DNA from: Ascidiella aspersa
Lineage: Eukaryota
DNA length: 64,000 nt
Assembly: GCA_963924565.1 (NCBI GenBank)
Contig: OZ004613.1
Span: 21,142,001 to 21,206,000, forward strand
Direction of reading: 5' to 3'
In this document: positions 61,753-64,000 of the stretch, one piece after another
Layout of the letters: each line of letters opens with the position of its first letter
Numbering within the stretch: the stretch's first letter is position 1
Made by a program: the position numbers and the translations under genes
The notes under the pieces: generated by a model
Told to the model about the DNA's origin: nothing
The model's input: only the letters and a program-made list of their open reading frames with translations
Database searches by the model: none

Positions 61753-63616
61753 TTAGACCGTCGTATTCCTTAAACTAAAATTATCATTGTCCAGCATTTG
61801 AAAAAGAAGGCGTTCTTTGACACACGACGCTGTTAATCTTGTGTCTTCGTCTTTATCCCAGCATTCTCGAATCGTCTTTTCCAAAACAGAAGCCACTTCT
61901 GACATTGAAGTATCTGAACGTAAATTTCATCGTTTACAAGTTAACAAGTTCAGTGCATCATGACATTTTTATTGCTTTATTTGTACTATATGTTTTAAAT
62001 TTGCAAAGTGTTCCCCCAAACTTTTCTAGAAAGTTAGGCTATCTAACCTTTTTTCGAAAAACCGAAAGTAGGTCTTCTGCCACTGATAACAACCAGTTCA
62101 TGTAGACTTGAGAAATCGCTTACATCCGCCTGGTATGGAATTTTATGCAATGGAACAGCTTGAAGATTTTCTAAAAATGATTTTCAAATGATGAAGCACA
62201 GTACTCATAATCAGGGAGTCGAACCGGAACCGAACCGGAACTTTATGAACCGGTTTCGGTCCAATTTTTCCCGAACCATAATCGAACCTGAACCGTTTTT
62301 TAAAAAAAATTCTGAGGAGCCAGACCGGAACTGAACCCAATATTTTAAATAAACCTGAACCTTAACCGAACCCGAACCTGTCAACAAAAGCGGTTTACTC
62401 CAGCATGACGTCACAACCTCTAATTTACACGATTAATCTATGCCATGTTCGAAATTTTATAAAAATAATGAATAGTAATTACATAAAAACGTTAGTTTTT
62501 TATTTTTTAGATATGTCAATAACGAGCAGCTTGTTTACGCCGCGTAGTTCTACATTTATTGACCCACATTTTCATCTCATATTGCATCCGAACCGGAACT
62601 TTATAAACCGGTTTTGAAAATAAATTTACTCGAACCGGATCTGAACCGGAGCTTTTAAAATGCTCGAAACCGAAACCGGAACTGAACCGGATTTCGAAAA
62701 AATCCTTAAACCCGAACCGAACCTGAAGCGGAAAAGTCAAACGGTTCGACTCCCTGCTTATAATCCATAAACATTTCGCCCTCTTTTTTTCAGAATGATA
62801 AAATATACGCAATCTCTTTCTCACTGGTATAATTAAAACGCACAAACTTTATTACTAAAAAGCCTGAACATACCGTAGAACTCGTGGCACCGATTTACAA
62901 TCTCCCACATGACAAGTGACATCGAATAAATGTCGGACTGCTTGAGCGATACTACGCTGTTATGTAGGTTGATGGAAAGATCAAGTATTTCAGGGGCGGT
63001 GTAATAAGGTGTTCCCTCCGCTATAAGGTGCTGCAAATTTGTTGAATATTTGTAAAAACTTAAATTAATTCGGTATTGTTGATTAGAAAAGTGTCACGAA
63101 TACAATAATGTGCCCGTTATTTTGGTACTACTTCGACGCTTTCCAGTCTAGATACCCAGAAGTGTTAACTTTTAGTTAGCTTTCTGCTTAAAAAAAAAAC
63201 GCCCGGTCGCTCGTGTTTTCAGTTTTCACTACCACTTTTAATGTAGAGTAGACACTGACCTGCTTTAATACAGTAATCAGCATCACGCCACTTTTGGGGC
63301 ATTATGACGTAACACGAAGGCTAGTCGTAAACAAAACAACAAGCTTAACGCATAAGTAAAGAATGTTACAAACAATCGTTAGAAACTAATTTGTGTCAAA
63401 AAGTTACAATAAAGTTAAAGAATACCAAGGTTCCAGTTATTTTACGTTTGTTTGCCAAATCAATCACCTGAGCCTGGACTTCTTTGTTAGCAAAATCATT
63501 GGCGGCACCGAACGACATCGCTGATCCGAAATCCCCAATTGCTAGCATGAGATTTTCTCGAACGAACACATTGCTGCTTTTAATGTCACGGTGCACAACG
63601 ACAGGTTTAGATTGCC
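61753..63616 (-). CDS. TGF-beta family type II receptor Ser/Thr kinase (TGFBR2/ACVR2/BMPR2-like), last four exons, 5'-partial
   Basis: Exons 63616-63468 (KPVVVHRDIKSSNVFV...IGDFG), 63030-62874 (GTPYYTAPEILDLSINL...KQSDIYSMSLVMWEIVNRC), 62170-62048 (IPYQ...LHELVVISGRRPTF) and 61913-61753 (TIRECWDKDEDTRLTASCVKER...TAA). Phases are consistent. ECWDxDxxxRLTAxCVxER is typical of type II receptors. Confidence 0.88.
62212..62756. mobile_element. hAT-like MITE in a kinase intron
   Basis: Perfect 15-bp TIRs cagggagtcgaaccg / cggttcgactccctg; TSD ctcataat / cttataat; many subterminal gaaccg repeats. Confidence 0.88.
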
Positions 63617-64000
63617 CTAAAGAATTACTAGGATGATATAATGAATGAACTCCTAACTACCATTATACCCCATAAACCCTTTTTTAAAGTGAACAAAATA
63701 ACAAAGCGGTTACTAATATTAGAAAAGTTCGCATAATCGTTCGAAAAATGCAATTTTGGTGATTGAAAAGAGTCAACTATTAATTTATGTTATCACCTCG
63801 ACGGTTTGTATGAAAATATTTACCTGGGTAATCTGTATCACTATAGGTTTCATAAAACGAATAATGGTTCAGATGCGTTTTCGGTTCAGCGTATAACGTA
63901 AAATCCATTTAATTTGAAAAAGTATACCTTGTTCTCTTAAACAGACTTAAAATGATTAAAGACTTTTGAAGTAATTCAATAAGTAAAACTGTGAAAATAT

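Noticed and set aside
63824-63917. Candidate further upstream kinase exon on the - strand
   Set aside because: There is an open frame with a phase-1 donor, but no acceptor and no kinase subdomain VIa motif.

Overview
AT-rich, intron-containing animal genomic DNA. An invertebrate deuterostome such as a tunicate is plausible but cannot be proven from the sequence. About 59 kb of the window (1240-60167, + strand) is one 5'-partial gene, which I assembled by hand into about 90 GT-AG exons with consistent phases (about 24,980 nt, at least ~8,300 aa). It encodes a giant secreted gel-forming-mucin/von Willebrand factor-family protein. Domain order: EGF, D1, D2, D'D3 (each VWD-C8-TIL-E), a very short PTS tract of (TTTQAP)x~19, Cys-rich modules, five near-identical 4.4-kb 10-exon cassettes (each a D4-type VWD-C8-TIL plus ~500 aa of Cys-rich modules, 911 aa), a 6.4-kb Cys-rich exon with older internal repeats, a VWC-like module and a C-terminal cystine knot. 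Convergent with it on the - strand are the last four exons of a TGF-beta-family type II receptor Ser/Thr kinase (61753-63616). Introns outside the cassette array hold many hAT-like MITEs with 8-bp TSDs (one nested pair), a deleted Tc1/mariner element, a tRNA-like element and a 26-bp minisatellite derived from a MITE end. There is a 446-nt assembly gap inside a TG-rich satellite.
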